Shown in pieces: positions 18,948-29,185 of a stretch of 64,000 nucleotides of DNA (position 1 is the stretch's first letter; each line of letters begins with the position of its first letter). Source of the DNA: a virus; the IMG/VR virus record IMGVR_UViG_3300025928_000005, positions 32,001 through 96,000 of that record; one strand, written 5' to 3'. The translations under genes and the position numbers were made by a program. Under the pieces are notes generated by a model. The model made no database searches. It was not told where the DNA came from and was given only the letters and a program-made list of their open reading frames with translations.

Positions 18948-21896
18948 TTACTTGGTGAAGCCGGTCATCTTCTTGAGCTCCCGCCACGCAACTTCCCGCT
19001 GCATCGGGTCGGGGTTGTTCCGCCACTGCTCGTGCAGGGCCTGGAACACGGACTCCTGAGCGCGCTCCACGCGACTCACGGACGGCAGCACCTCCGGTGC
19101 GGCCGCGCTCTTGGTCAGCTGGTCGAAGGCGACGCCGCGGTAGGGACCCGCCGGGTCCGGCTGCGCGGCGAGCTCCTCGACCTGCTTGCGCATCTTCTTG
19201 ATGGTCTTCTTGAGGTCGGTGACCTCGGTGAGGTGGGCGGCGGTCGCGTCGGCGACCGCCTTGTTGATGAGGCTCTGCACGACGTCCACGTCGAGCGTCG
19301 CCGCCTTCACGACCTCGGCCGAGGTCTCCTTGCCGTAGGTCGTCTCGAGCGTCTCGGTGACGGTCGGCGGCTCGACGGTCTTGGCCTTCTTGGCCTTCTT
19401 CGCGGCCTTGGCCGCGCCGGGGCCGTGCGGGGCTGGCATGCCGACGCCGGTGGGCACCGGGCGGGAGCCGGGCAGGCCGCCGTTGCCGTACGGGCTGCCG
19501 TCGGGCGCGGCCGGGCACAGGTCGGGGAAGGTCTGCGCGATGTGGTCGTGCATGGCCAGCATGGCCTGCCGGGCGTTGTCGCGCATGGCGTTGGTGTAGT
19601 AGGTCCGGGTGGGGACGCCGGTGACGGACGGGGCGCTGACCGGCCGCATCGGCTCGCCGGAGCTGGACGGGGCCTCCGCCGCGTGGCCGCCGGTGAGGTA
19701 GCCGCGGCCGTACTGGCTCGCGCTGATGGACCCGAACGGGTCGGGCGCGGTGTTGGGACCCGCGTGGCCCGGGGAGGCCGCCTCGTGGCCGGCGGTGATG
19801 ACCGGCCGGTTGTAGGAGCGGCCGTTGATCGAGCCGGGGGTCGGGAACGTGCCCGGGCCGGGGTTCGCGTCCCGGAACTCCTTGTAGAGGTCCGACCGCG
19901 CCTCGAGCAGGTAGCGCGGGTCGGTGCCCTTCAGGAGGGTCACGTGCTGCCACAGCTCGTTGGCCTTGCGGGCCTGGTCGAGCGGGGCGGACGCGGCGAG
20001 CTCGAAGGCCTTGCGCTGCCAGTGGTTCGGGTCGAGGCTGGACAGGTCGTAGCGCGGGTAGCTCTTCGCGACGTCGTCCGGGTGGAAGCACGGGCAGGTC
20101 AGGTCGTGGAGCGTGCCGTAGTCCACGGGCACGTTCAGCATCTTGAGCCGCATCGCGGCGGACCCCTCGGGGTCATCCGGGAAGATGAGGTCGGCGGCCT
20201 TCACGGACGAGTCCGGGACGGTGGGAACCTTGGCGTCGCGCTCGAACGCCTCGATCACGGGGCCGTCGGGCTCGCGGTGCTCCGGCACCGGGTCGGCGTC
20301 CTCGGTCTCCTCGACGCCGTCGGTGGGCGTGGGCTTCTTGACCACGTCGGCCTTGGCCGCGGCCTTGCGCGCCTTCCTCGCGGCCTTGGCCGCGGCCTCC
20401 TGGAGGTCGGCCTCGCTCACGCTGGAGCCCTGAACCTGAACCTCGACGGTCTTGACCTTGGAATCCGCCTCCGGCAGGTAGCCGGGGTGGGCCTTGCCGC
20501 AGCTGGGGCAGTACTTCTCACCCTTGTCGAGCTGGTAGCCGCAGCCGAGGCACGTGAAGTCGTGGTTCTTCTTGATTGCGAGCGCGCCCTTGAGCTTGCC
20601 GCCGCACTCGGGGCAGAAGTTGTGCTCGGCGTGCAGGTTCGCCCCGCAGCCGGGGCACATGACCTTGTCCTTCTTCTCGACGGTGACGACCTTCTCGATG
20701 GTCGGCTCGGCGGCCTTCATGCCGTCGTCGCACTTGTCGTCCTCGTCGCCGTCCGCGTCGGCCTTGTCGGTCGCGCCGCTCGAGCCGCCGCCGGCCGTGC
20801 CGCCACCAGCGGCCCCACCGCCGGCGCTGCCGCCGCTCTCGCCGCTGCCGCCGCCGGTGGAGCCGGCCTTGACCTCGTCCGGCTCCTCGGTCTTCGCCTC
20901 GGCGTCGCTCTCGGTCTCGACGTCGACCGTCTTCTCCTCGGCGTCCTCAACCACCTCGACGTCGACGACCTTCTCGCTGTCGCCCATGCCCAGCTCCTTC
21001 TTCCAGCTCTCGGGGAGCCGGGCCACGAAGGCGGCACCCTTGCGCCGTGCGATGCGGATGATGCTGCTCTTCAGCCCCTCCGGGGACTTGTTGTCGGCCC
21101 CGGCCCGTCCGATCGACAGCGCGGCGTCGTGAACATCCTGTGGCGTGACGATGGGGAAGGAGCGATCGTTGCCGGCGAAGTCCTCGGCGGGGATCTTGTC
21201 GCGGTCGGTGCCGCCGCCGACGTTGGGGTCCACCTTGCGCTTGGCGACCCCCTCGTGGCCGGTGAGCGCCTTGGCCACGTCGGCCGGCGTGACCCGGTCG
21301 GCGGCGAGGGCGGCGCCGGCTGCCTTCACGATCTCTCCCGCGAGCGCGTCGTCGAGGATCAGCTGGCCCACGTCCTCGGGCTGACCCGAATCGCCGGCGG
21401 CCTTGACGAGCTGGAACTTCGAGTTGAAGTTGCTGCCGCGGTCGACCAGCGAGATCTCGCTGATCTTGGTGAGGCCGTCACGGCGACCGCGGATGATGCC
21501 GTTCATGGCCTTGCCGGTCGGGTCCGGCACGATGTCCGGGTGGGTGATGCCAACCGAGTAGCAGGTGAGGACGCCCTTGCGGACGAGCTCCTTCGCCACG
21601 GGCTCCACGACGAGGGACTTGACCCAGTGGCCGTCGGGCGTGGCCTCCACCTCGAGGCCCTTGCCGGCGGGATCGCGGCGGGCCTGGTGCTGCACCCGCA
21701 GGTTGCCGCCGGTGTCGAGCCACTCGTGGATGGCCTTGGCTGACCAGTCCTGGTCGACGATCTGGAGGTCGGAGTCGACGGTGCCGTCGGTGGCCTTGCC
21801 GTAGACGATGAGGTCGCCGTCGCTCGTCTCCTCGGTCTTCTCGATGGGGAACGAGAAGTAGGTCAGCTCGCCGTCGGGGGTGAGGGTCGCGGCCAC
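18948..21896 (-). CDS. prohead protease / scaffold fusion with double zinc ribbons
   Basis: HK97-type protease motifs (LRVQH, YSVG, ISEISLVDRGSN), four CxxCG motifs and a C-terminal coiled coil. Confidence 0.8.
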   Translation of the reverse strand: MAATLTPDGELTYFSFPIEKTEETSDGDLIVYGKATDGTVDSDLQIVDQDWSAKAIHEWLDTGGNLRVQHQARRDPAGKGLEVEATPDGHWVKSLVVEPVAKELVRKGVLTCYSVGITHPDIVPDPTGKAMNGIIRGRRDGLTKISEISLVDRGSNFNSKFQLVKAAGDSGQPEDVGQLILDDALAGEIVKAAGAALAADRVTPADVAKALTGHEGVAKRKVDPNVGGGTDRDKIPAEDFAGNDRSFPIVTPQDVHDAALSIGRAGADNKSPEGLKSSIIRIARRKGAAFVARLPESWKKELGMGDSEKVVDVEVVEDAEEKTVDVETESDAEAKTEEPDEVKAGSTGGGSGESGGSAGGGAAGGGTAGGGSSGATDKADADGDEDDKCDDGMKAAEPTIEKVVTVEKKDKVMCPGCGANLHAEHNFCPECGGKLKGALAIKKNHDFTCLGCGYQLDKGEKYCPSCGKAHPGYLPEADSKVKTVEVQVQGSSVSEADLQEAAAKAARKARKAAAKADVVKKPTPTDGVEETEDADPVPEHREPDGPVIEAFERDAKVPTVPDSSVKAADLIFPDDPEGSAAMRLKMLNVPVDYGTLHDLTCPCFHPDDVAKSYPRYDLSSLDPNHWQRKAFELAASAPLDQARKANELWQHVTLLKGTDPRYLLEARSDLYKEFRDANPGPGTFPTPGSINGRSYNRPVITAGHEAASPGHAGPNTAPDPFGSISASQYGRGYLTGGHAAEAPSSSGEPMRPVSAPSVTGVPTRTYYTNAMRDNARQAMLAMHDHIAQTFPDLCPAAPDGSPYGNGGLPGSRPVPTGVGMPAPHGPGAAKAAKKAKKAKTVEPPTVTETLETTYGKETSAEVVKAATLDVDVVQSLINKAVADATAAHLTEVTDLKKTIKKMRKQVEELAAQPDPAGPYRGVAFDQLTKSAAAPEVLPSVSRVERAQESVFQALHEQWRNNPDPMQREVAWRELKKMTGFTK

Positions 21897-21915
21897 ACGG
21901 GCTTCCTTTCGTCGG

Positions 21916-24900
21916 TCAGTCGGTCGTCTTGTTGAGGTGATCGTCGCCGTGATTCAGCTGGAACGAGTGAGCCTCGTCCCACGGCCCGACCACGGTCGGG
22001 ACCCGACCGACGTACGCGGTCAGCGGCTTGCCCAGGCGCTGGGCGGCCAGGGCGCGGTGGTGGCCGTCGACGACCTTGAGCTTGGGGTCACCGGGGGTGT
22101 CGACGAGGATGGCGGGGTGGGTCGGCTCGCCGGCGCGCAGCTTGGCCTCGAAGCGGTCCACGGCGGCGTCCTCGTGGTGCGCGGCCCACCGCGGCTCGTT
22201 GCTGAAGTCGATGAGGCTGGTGGGGACGTTGAGGGGCCCCACCCAGGTCGCGTCGTCGACCCACGCGTAGCCCTCGTCGCTGAAGTTTTGGCTCATCAGG
22301 GCCGCGACCTCGTCGGCGGTCGCGGCGCGCGTTCCCTCGCTCGCCGGCCGGCTCAGGGCGTTGAGCACGAGCTGCAGGTCAGCCCGGAGCTCGGCGCGAA
22401 CCGACGGGTTGTCGACGAGGTGCGTCGGGTCCCACCACGCGAGCGCCTCCACCTGGTCCCCGTCGGGGTCATCCGGGTTGGTGACGCGGTCGCGGCCGTC
22501 GAAGATCGGCACGTCGGTCTCGTGGTCGACCTCGTAGACGAAGCCTAGCCACCGGCCGCTCTCCGTGCCCCAGCCGGGCACGAAGCGGCCGACCGGAAGG
22601 ACGCACCCGGTCTCCTCCTGCCACTCGCGGATGGCGGCGCTGCGGGGCTGCTCACCGGGCTCGAGGCAGCCACCGGGGAACTCCCAGGAGCCGGCCGCGG
22701 GATCGTCGTCGGTCAGGCCGCGCTGCAGCATGAGCACGCGGCCGGTGTCAGCGGCGCGGACCGCGAGGCCGGCGGCGACGCAGGCTCCCTTGGTCGCGGT
22801 GCGGCCCTCCCACCGGTCGCACACGTCGATCAAGTCGATCGAGCCCGACACGAGGTCGCACGAGTGCGTGTCGAGGTGGAACATCACGCAGGTGCCGCAG
22901 GATCGAGCGCGGCTCGCCGCTGGCCGGTAGTGAACCGACTCCTTGGACACCTTGACGCGCTTGCCGAGGTCGCCGACGTTGGGCGCGCGGCCGCGGTCGT
23001 TCGCGTCGCCCGGCGGCTCGCCTACCGACGACCGACCCGTGCCAACGCCACCTTGTGGCCAGCCACCGGTGCCTGAACTTGGATAGCGTGGAGGCTGAAC
23101 GTCGACGTCCGTTTGGTGACCATGGGTGAGGGGTACCCGGTCATCGTGACCACCGGAGGGGTGATGCGCTTGAGAGTGATCTGACCCGTCGTAGAAGCCA
23201 CCCATGTAGCCGTTGGGCGGCTGCGACGGAACCCACCGCGGGGGCTCACCCCCAGCCGTGCTCGACGGCACCCCGCCGGGAACCTCCGTCCCATCACCGA
23301 GGTGCCTGACGGGTGACCGGCCGCCACCGCCGGCCGCGGCCTGAGGAACGCGTGAGTCGATCCACGACTCCTGGCCGTTGAGACTGATCACTCGTCGCGT
23401 GGCCTTGACGACCCGGATCGCGTCATCGACCTCGAGACCCTCCGCCATGTGCTGGCTGATGCGAGCCAGCGCGTCGGGGTTGACGTTGCGTGGAACCCAG
23501 GAACTGACCTGTCGACCCTTCTTCACGTGCCGACTCAGGGCCTCGAGCTCGCTGCTCGCGGCCTTCTCCAGGGCCGCCGCGTCTGCCACCTTGGCGGGCG
23601 CGGCGGTCGGCTTCTTGCCGGTCGCGGAGCGGGATGGCGCGTTGCCCGCGCCGGTGGCCGCCGCGTGCCCGGGTGTCTCGACGTGCGGGCTCGGCGTCGG
23701 CTGCGTGGGAACGCTGCCCTGGCCGGTGTTCTGGATCTCACCGGTGCCGGCCGCGGTGACCGGCAGCTTGGGCTGGACGCCGGGGAGCGCGAGCTGGCCG
23801 GGAGGCGTGGGAGCCGGGCTGCCGGGCGTGGCTCCCGGAACGGTCCCGGGAACGGCGGCGGTCGCCATGCCGAACGGCACGGGGCCGTTCTTGCTGAGGA
23901 AGACCGGGCCGCTGGTCTCCGGCAGGCCCCAAGGCTGCAGGTTGAGCTCGTCCCGGGCCTCGTCGACGCTGCGCAGGCCGTTCTCAACCTGCTTGATGAG
24001 CAGGTCGGTGAGGAGGGACTGGTCCTCCTCCGCCTCGAGGCCCTCGAAGACGAACTGCATGTCGTCCTGGCCGCAGACGTATTCGAGGATGTTGTTGATG
24101 ATGTCCGCGATGAACATCAGGGTCGGCTTGGTGGCCTTGCGCTCGCCCACGTTCTCGGCCATCTTGGCCATCTGATGCGACGCGCCTGGCGACATGGAGG
24201 TGCTGACCTTGGGTGCGATGCCCAGCTCCATGGGCATGATGTCGAACGCCATGCAGACCTGCGTCATGACGATCTCGTCGAACGCGTCGGCGAGCTGCAC
24301 GCCGCGCTGCGGCTCGACCTTCGTGCCCGGCGGCAGCACGATGATCTTGTGGTGCCAGGCGGGGTCGCCGGCGAACGCGTTGAGGGCGTCCTGCAGCTCG
24401 CGGATCTGGTTGGGGGTCATGTTCTCGTCGCCGGGCGACATGTAGACGGCCGGGACGGTGCCCTCGCGGAAGTAGTCGAGCTGGTAGCCCTGCTTCTGCA
24501 GGCCGGACAGCACGGGGATCATGGCGCGCTCGATGGGCGGGAAGCCGTACGGCGTCCACCGCCGGGGCACCATGGGCACGTACAGCAGCTGGTCGCCACG
24601 GAACTGCGCGACCTGGCTGCCTCGGAGGCCGCCGTCCTGGATGTCCATGTCCGTCAGCATCTTGATGAAGTCGCTGCGGGGGACGCCGTAGAGGTACTGC
24701 TGGTAGGCCGGGGCCGGCGGGGCCGGGAAGCCACCCTGCATGTCGTAGAGCGGTCGGATGGTGGGGCCGCTGATCAGGTTCAGGCTGTCGAGGTCGCTGC
24801 CGAGCAGGCCCTTTCCCATGCCGCGGCCGCGCTTCGGTCGCAGGAAGAGCGAGAGCGCGTCGAAGACGAACACCTCCTCGAGGAAGGCGTCGATGAACGT

Positions 24901-25473
24901 GCTCCAGCTGTAGTAGTCCGGGTCGGGGCGCTTGAAGAACTTCTTGGCCTTGGCGCGGCGCTCACCGAAGTCCTTGAACCAGGCCTTGTCGCCGCGGTTG
25001 GCCTTGGCTGCCTCCTGCGTGGGCATGATGTCCCACTCGAGGCCCCGGATCTCCGACTTGCGGAGCTGGATGCAGGCGCGGGCCACGGAGTACAGGTCGG
25101 CGAGGGTGCGCAGCGTGCTGAAGCTGGCGAGCTTGAGGCCCTCCGAGCCGGGCGTGCCGACCGGGAGGTTCCAGCCGACGCGGTACTCCTCGCGGCGTGG
25201 GTCGGCCCGACCGCTCGCGGGGTCGGGCTCATCGACGGGAACCGGCAGGATCGGGCTGAACGGCCCGAACGCGCCCTGCGTGAAGGTCGCCGGTGGCCGC
25301 GGCAGGAAGCCGGCGTAGGCGTTGGCGTAGCCGTGCTGCTCCGCGTAGCTGACCACCGCCGGCGACAGGGAGCCGGTGGAGATCCCCGATCCCTGAGGCG
25401 CGGGCGTGGGCCGCGCGCCGCCGGGTGAGTAGCGCGCCGCGCGCAGGATGGATCTAGTCGACGCCACCGGCAA
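21916..25473 (-). CDS. portal protein fused to HiPIP-like Cys motif, NUDIX hydrolase and ParB/Srx-like domain
   Basis: Portal core (YGFPPIE, YFREGTVP, SVDEARDELNLQP), Nudix box GGCLEPGEQPRSAAIREWQEETG, and VVDGHHRALAA. Confidence 0.85.
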   Translation of the reverse strand: MPVASTRSILRAARYSPGGARPTPAPQGSGISTGSLSPAVVSYAEQHGYANAYAGFLPRPPATFTQGAFGPFSPILPVPVDEPDPASGRADPRREEYRVGWNLPVGTPGSEGLKLASFSTLRTLADLYSVARACIQLRKSEIRGLEWDIMPTQEAAKANRGDKAWFKDFGERRAKAKKFFKRPDPDYYSWSTFIDAFLEEVFVFDALSLFLRPKRGRGMGKGLLGSDLDSLNLISGPTIRPLYDMQGGFPAPPAPAYQQYLYGVPRSDFIKMLTDMDIQDGGLRGSQVAQFRGDQLLYVPMVPRRWTPYGFPPIERAMIPVLSGLQKQGYQLDYFREGTVPAVYMSPGDENMTPNQIRELQDALNAFAGDPAWHHKIIVLPPGTKVEPQRGVQLADAFDEIVMTQVCMAFDIMPMELGIAPKVSTSMSPGASHQMAKMAENVGERKATKPTLMFIADIINNILEYVCGQDDMQFVFEGLEAEEDQSLLTDLLIKQVENGLRSVDEARDELNLQPWGLPETSGPVFLSKNGPVPFGMATAAVPGTVPGATPGSPAPTPPGQLALPGVQPKLPVTAAGTGEIQNTGQGSVPTQPTPSPHVETPGHAAATGAGNAPSRSATGKKPTAAPAKVADAAALEKAASSELEALSRHVKKGRQVSSWVPRNVNPDALARISQHMAEGLEVDDAIRVVKATRRVISLNGQESWIDSRVPQAAAGGGGRSPVRHLGDGTEVPGGVPSSTAGGEPPRWVPSQPPNGYMGGFYDGSDHSQAHHPSGGHDDRVPLTHGHQTDVDVQPPRYPSSGTGGWPQGGVGTGRSSVGEPPGDANDRGRAPNVGDLGKRVKVSKESVHYRPAASRARSCGTCVMFHLDTHSCDLVSGSIDLIDVCDRWEGRTATKGACVAAGLAVRAADTGRVLMLQRGLTDDDPAAGSWEFPGGCLEPGEQPRSAAIREWQEETGCVLPVGRFVPGWGTESGRWLGFVYEVDHETDVPIFDGRDRVTNPDDPDGDQVEALAWWDPTHLVDNPSVRAELRADLQLVLNALSRPASEGTRAATADEVAALMSQNFSDEGYAWVDDATWVGPLNVPTSLIDFSNEPRWAAHHEDAAVDRFEAKLRAGEPTHPAILVDTPGDPKLKVVDGHHRALAAQRLGKPLTAYVGRVPTVVGPWDEAHSFQLNHGDDHLNKTTD

Positions 25474-25651
25474 CCCCCGCCTCGTTCTCCGCCCAGAGCT
25501 CTCGCTGCAGCCGCCGCGCGGCCACCTTCACCTCGTTCTTGAGCGCCTTGGCGCTCGCGTACCCCAGGGCCGCCGCGATCTCCGCCCACGTGGCGCCGCG
25601 CTCCTGCGCGTCGTTGATCAGACGCAGCTTGAGCATCAGCTCCTCACGTGG
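25454..25651 (-). CDS. small HTH-like protein (start uncertain)
   Basis: GATWAEIAAALGYAS. Confidence 0.5.
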   Translation of the reverse strand, partial: PREELMLKLRLINDAQERGATWAEIAAALGYASAKALKNEVKVAARRLQRELWAENEAGVAGGVD

Positions 25652-25988
25652 GGTCAACCTCGTCCTCCTCGTCCACGTCCTCCGGGTAGACCACGCGGCT
25701 CGCGTCCCAGGACTGCCAGTAGCTGAACTCGACGACGTCCCCATCGCCGTTGAGCTTGCCGGCCGCGAGGCGGGGGCAGGCCGGGGTGCTGGCGCCGGCG
25801 TGGATGCCGGCGCAGAAGCGGCAGAGGCCGCCGTCGGCGGCGACCTGCTCGAGCTCCTCGCGGTCCTCGCGGCTCACCGGCAGGCGGGGCTGCCCGGTGA
25901 GCAGGCGCTGGGCGCTGCTGACCGCGGCGAGCGCGGCGAGGTCGAGCTGTGACTGCGGCGCGCCGCCGCCGCCCTGCGGCAGGGTCAT
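25644..25988 (-). CDS. hypothetical protein (CxxC...H...C)
   Basis: ATG at 25988 coupled to the upstream stop; CRFCAGIH...CPR. Confidence 0.6.
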   Translation of the reverse strand: MTLPQGGGGAPQSQLDLAALAAVSSAQRLLTGQPRLPVSREDREELEQVAADGGLCRFCAGIHAGASTPACPRLAAGKLNGDGDVVEFSYWQSWDASRVVYPEDVDEEDEVDPT

Positions 25989-27232
25989 CAGTAGGCTCCC
26001 ACGAGCGGCACGAAGCCGGTGTTGGTTCCCACCGTCGTGGGGTTGAAGGACGCAGGCAGCGCGGTCTGGCCGTTGAGGTAGAACGCGCGTCGGTTGCCGG
26101 CGTTGGTGACGCCGAGGCCCATGTACGGGGCGTTGGAGTCGTTCGCGCCCAGGGCGTAGGGCACGTTGACGCCGGTGAAGCCACCGAGGATGTAGAGGAT
26201 GTAGACGAACCGCCCGGTCGCCTGCGCCGGCACGGCGGTGATGCCGCCGCTGGTCCACCCCGCGACGTTCCACAGGTTGTTGTCGTTAGGGGACGCGTGA
26301 AGCTGGACGCCCGTGTCGTCGTAGATGCCGAGCTGGTTGGGCACCGTGGACGTCGAGTAGGTGCCGCCGGTGCGGATCGCCGCGACGAGGGTGGAGAGGG
26401 CGGTGTTGGCCGGCACCCAGCAGCGCGCGCCGAACACGGTGCCGCTGGCGAGGGCGGAGGAGTTCTGGAAGAGCAGGGGATCGTCGCTGGCGGTCAGCAG
26501 CCCGTAGCCGCTCAGGGGGAACGTCGCGCCGCCGGCCGCGGGTGCGGCCCACTTGATGCCGGTGGTCTGCGCCGAGTCGGCGGTGAGAACGTAGGTGTCG
26601 GTGCCGACGGCCTCGCGGGTGATGGTGCTCGCCGCGGTGGCGACCAGCAGGTCGCCCTTCGCCGTGGCCGTGGTGTCCTGGATGGCGTTGACGAGACGCG
26701 CGTCGTTGCCGGCGGCCACGGTGCCGGCCGTGGTGCCGACGTTGAGGGTCGCCGCCCCGCCGAGGCCGAGGTTGGTGCGTGAGGTGCCCGCGTTGGCGAC
26801 GTCGCTCAGGTTGTTCGCGGCCTGGAGGGCGCCGGTGATCCGGGTGTCGTTGCCGGCGGCGGCGGTGCCGGCCGTCGTGCCGAGCTGATAGACCTGGTAC
26901 CAGACCGCGGCGGCGGTCGCGACGCTCTCGGCGACGAAGTAGGCGGCGGTGAGGGTGTTGAGCCAGATGGAGCCGACGGTGTAGCCCTGAGTGCCGTCGT
27001 TGCCGGTTCCCGGGTTCGTGACCGCGGTGAGGTTGTTCTTCTGGCTGGTGAACTGCGTGGGTGCGGGCCACGCGCCGTTCGCCTTGGGGCCATAGAACAC
27101 GGACGGGTTCGTCGTGTCGAGGTAGAAGTCGCCGTTGAAGCCGAGGGAGCTGGCGGGTGCGCCGGTGCCGGACAGCCAGCCGTTGCCCCGCGGGCCGGCG
27201 GTGCCGGCCGTGGTGATGGTGACGTTGACCAC
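25988..27232 (-). CDS. fibre-like virion protein
   Basis: [19 protein letters not shown]...YGPKANGAW, a duplicated GTTAGTxAAGND, and [11 protein letters not shown] fibre motifs. Confidence 0.75.
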   Translation of the reverse strand: MVNVTITTAGTAGPRGNGWLSGTGAPASSLGFNGDFYLDTTNPSVFYGPKANGAWPAPTQFTSQKNNLTAVTNPGTGNDGTQGYTVGSIWLNTLTAAYFVAESVATAAAVWYQVYQLGTTAGTAAAGNDTRITGALQAANNLSDVANAGTSRTNLGLGGAATLNVGTTAGTVAAGNDARLVNAIQDTTATAKGDLLVATAASTITREAVGTDTYVLTADSAQTTGIKWAAPAAGGATFPLSGYGLLTASDDPLLFQNSSALASGTVFGARCWVPANTALSTLVAAIRTGGTYSTSTVPNQLGIYDDTGVQLHASPNDNNLWNVAGWTSGGITAVPAQATGRFVYILYILGGFTGVNVPYALGANDSNAPYMGLGVTNAGNRRAFYLNGQTALPASFNPTTVGTNTGFVPLVGAY

Positions 27233-27244
27233 GCGCGCTCCCTT

Positions 27245-27619
27245 CTAGGGTTGGGCGACCGTGCGGCCGTAGAAGACGCCGGCGACGAGCGCCGTGGCGT
27301 CACTGAGGTTCTGGTCCATCCACAGGGTGTAGTTGGCCCCGTACTCGGTGAGCAGGTTGGTCGCGGTGGGGGTCAGCACGACCTGCAGGGTGGCGGTGCT
27401 GCTCGTGACCGTGATGGTGCCGTAGGTGGTGGAGGTGGTGTTGTTGACGGAGAACACCGTGGCGTTGGAGATGGTGTTGCGCACGACGAGCTCGAACACC
27501 TTGTTGGTGATGTTGGTGAGGGAGCCGTCGTCGTTGGTGACCTGGTAGCTCTGCGCCCACTGCGAGCCGATGGGTGAGACGGCCTGGAAGAAGTTGGGGA
27601 GCGGCGCGGGCTGGGTCAC
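27245..27619 (-). CDS. hypothetical beta-rich protein (probably structural)
   Basis: GTG overlapping the terL stop; Thr-rich. Confidence 0.6.
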   Translation of the reverse strand: MTQPAPLPNFFQAVSPIGSQWAQSYQVTNDDGSLTNITNKVFELVVRNTISNATVFSVNNTTSTTYGTITVTSSTATLQVVLTPTATNLLTEYGANYTLWMDQNLSDATALVAGVFYGRTVAQP

Positions 27620-29109
27620 GCGGCCTCCTCGACCGGGGCGCTGCAGTACGGGCACTTGTCGCGGGGCTTGCCGCCGAGCGTCTTGGTGAAGGGACGGTCG
27701 CACCGCTCGCACTTGATGACGCCGTAGGCGTCGAGCCAGGAGCCGCCGATGAGGTCCTTGAGGTCGTACATGCCCCAGACGAGGGCGTCCATGCGGTCTG
27801 GGGACTCCTTGTCGCCGGGGGCCCACGTGCACATCTCGTCCTCGAGCTGCGGGAACATGCCGACGTGGTGGACGCGGTGCTGCTCGTAGAGGGCGGAGAC
27901 CGGCTCGGCGCGGGTGTTCTTGCCGCGGCTGGCGCGGACGGACCGGAAGGCGACGTTGTTGTCGATGGTGCGGACGACGGTGCCGATGTAGTCGCCGCCG
28001 TTGTTGACCTCGGCGACGATGCGGTCGGCCTCGAACTCGTGGTAGGCGTCGACGGCGCGGGTCATGCACTGCTTGGGGGTGCCGCGCATGGTGTAGTCGG
28101 CGAGGACGTAGCCGTGGCCCTCACGGTCGGCGGCGCAGACGACGATGCCGGTGAGGTCGCTGGTCTCGCCCTCGGTGACGGCGGGGTCGACGCCGACGAC
28201 GACGCGAACGAGGTCGAGGTCCCTGCGGGCCTCGAGGGGGAGGCGGTCGGCCTCGAGCCACTCGCGCTTCCACAGGGCGTTGTCGCGGTTCTCGAGGATC
28301 TCGGCGTCGAGCTCCTGCAGGCCGAGCTGCGTGCCGAGCATCGGGGCGATGACGTTGGCCTTGTAGCTGTCGCTGAGGTTCTCGAGGTTGTCGACGGTGC
28401 GGCCACGGGTGACGATGACGTTGTCGCGCTGCATTAGGCCGGGCGTCGCGAGGTTGGTGTCGGAGACGCGAAGCAGGGCGACGGGCCGCGGGGTGGTGGC
28501 GACGACGATGCGGCTGACGTAGTCGAGCGGCCAGTCGGCGCGGCGCGGGAGGCGGGTGGCGATGGTGAGGTTGGACCACGTGGTGTCGGCCGCGGTGCCC
28601 TTGTGGGCGTCGGCCCAGAAGCAGGACTCGTCACCCCAGGCGAAGTGGAACTGGGGGCCGCGGAGCTGCCAGGGCTTCTCCGCCGAGTAGGTGAAGAACT
28701 TGCTGCCGTTCTCGAGGTAGAGCTCTCCGAGGGAGCGGTTCCACGCGCCGGTGATCTTGCCGCCGCGGAGCTCGGTCTGCTTGAAGCAGTTGAGCAGCCC
28801 CGAGTCACCCTCGATCATGGTGTCGCGGGTGTCGCCGATGGTGCGGGCGACGAGGGCGATGCGGCAACCGGGGTAGCGCCGGGCCTTCTCGGCCATGAGC
28901 TCGGCGGCGGTGCGGGACTTGCCCCAGCCGCGGCCGGCGAGGATCAGCCAGACGAACCAGTCGCCCTCGGGCTCGAGCTGGTCGGGGCGGGCGGCCTCGC
29001 GCCAGGTTTTCTTGTGGCCGTCCCCGTTGTCGAGGTCGACCTTCTTCTGCTGCAGCTCGCGGAGGCGGCGGAGCTTGTCGAGCTTGACCTCGAGGAGGGT
29101 GTCGGCCAC
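27616..29109 (-). CDS. terL: terminase large subunit
   Basis: Walker A AGRGWGKS, Walker B FAWGDE, nuclease motifs VVGVDPA and PDRMDA, plus a C-terminal zinc ribbon. Confidence 0.93.
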   Translation of the reverse strand: MADTLLEVKLDKLRRLRELQQKKVDLDNGDGHKKTWREAARPDQLEPEGDWFVWLILAGRGWGKSRTAAELMAEKARRYPGCRIALVARTIGDTRDTMIEGDSGLLNCFKQTELRGGKITGAWNRSLGELYLENGSKFFTYSAEKPWQLRGPQFHFAWGDESCFWADAHKGTAADTTWSNLTIATRLPRRADWPLDYVSRIVVATTPRPVALLRVSDTNLATPGLMQRDNVIVTRGRTVDNLENLSDSYKANVIAPMLGTQLGLQELDAEILENRDNALWKREWLEADRLPLEARRDLDLVRVVVGVDPAVTEGETSDLTGIVVCAADREGHGYVLADYTMRGTPKQCMTRAVDAYHEFEADRIVAEVNNGGDYIGTVVRTIDNNVAFRSVRASRGKNTRAEPVSALYEQHRVHHVGMFPQLEDEMCTWAPGDKESPDRMDALVWGMYDLKDLIGGSWLDAYGVIKCERCDRPFTKTLGGKPRDKCPYCSAPVEEAA

Positions 29110-29126
29110 GGCACCCTCCTCAATTG

Positions 29127-29155
29127 TTTACAATTGTGTTTCACCGTGATACGAT
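29127..29155 (+). promoter_or_regulatory. sigma70-type promoter TTTACA-N17-TACGAT
   Basis: Same motif as six other sites; CAATTG-TTTA-CAATTG overlaps the -35. Confidence 0.7.
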
Positions 29156-29185
29156 CGCGTCAGGAATCGAGGAAGGAGACGACTC

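Noticed and set aside
8-25428. Long plus-strand ORFs (8-1204, 2206-5253, 5976-7559, 17037-21743, 23449-25428)
   Set aside because: Antisense shadows of high-GC minus-strand structural genes; no motifs or RBS.
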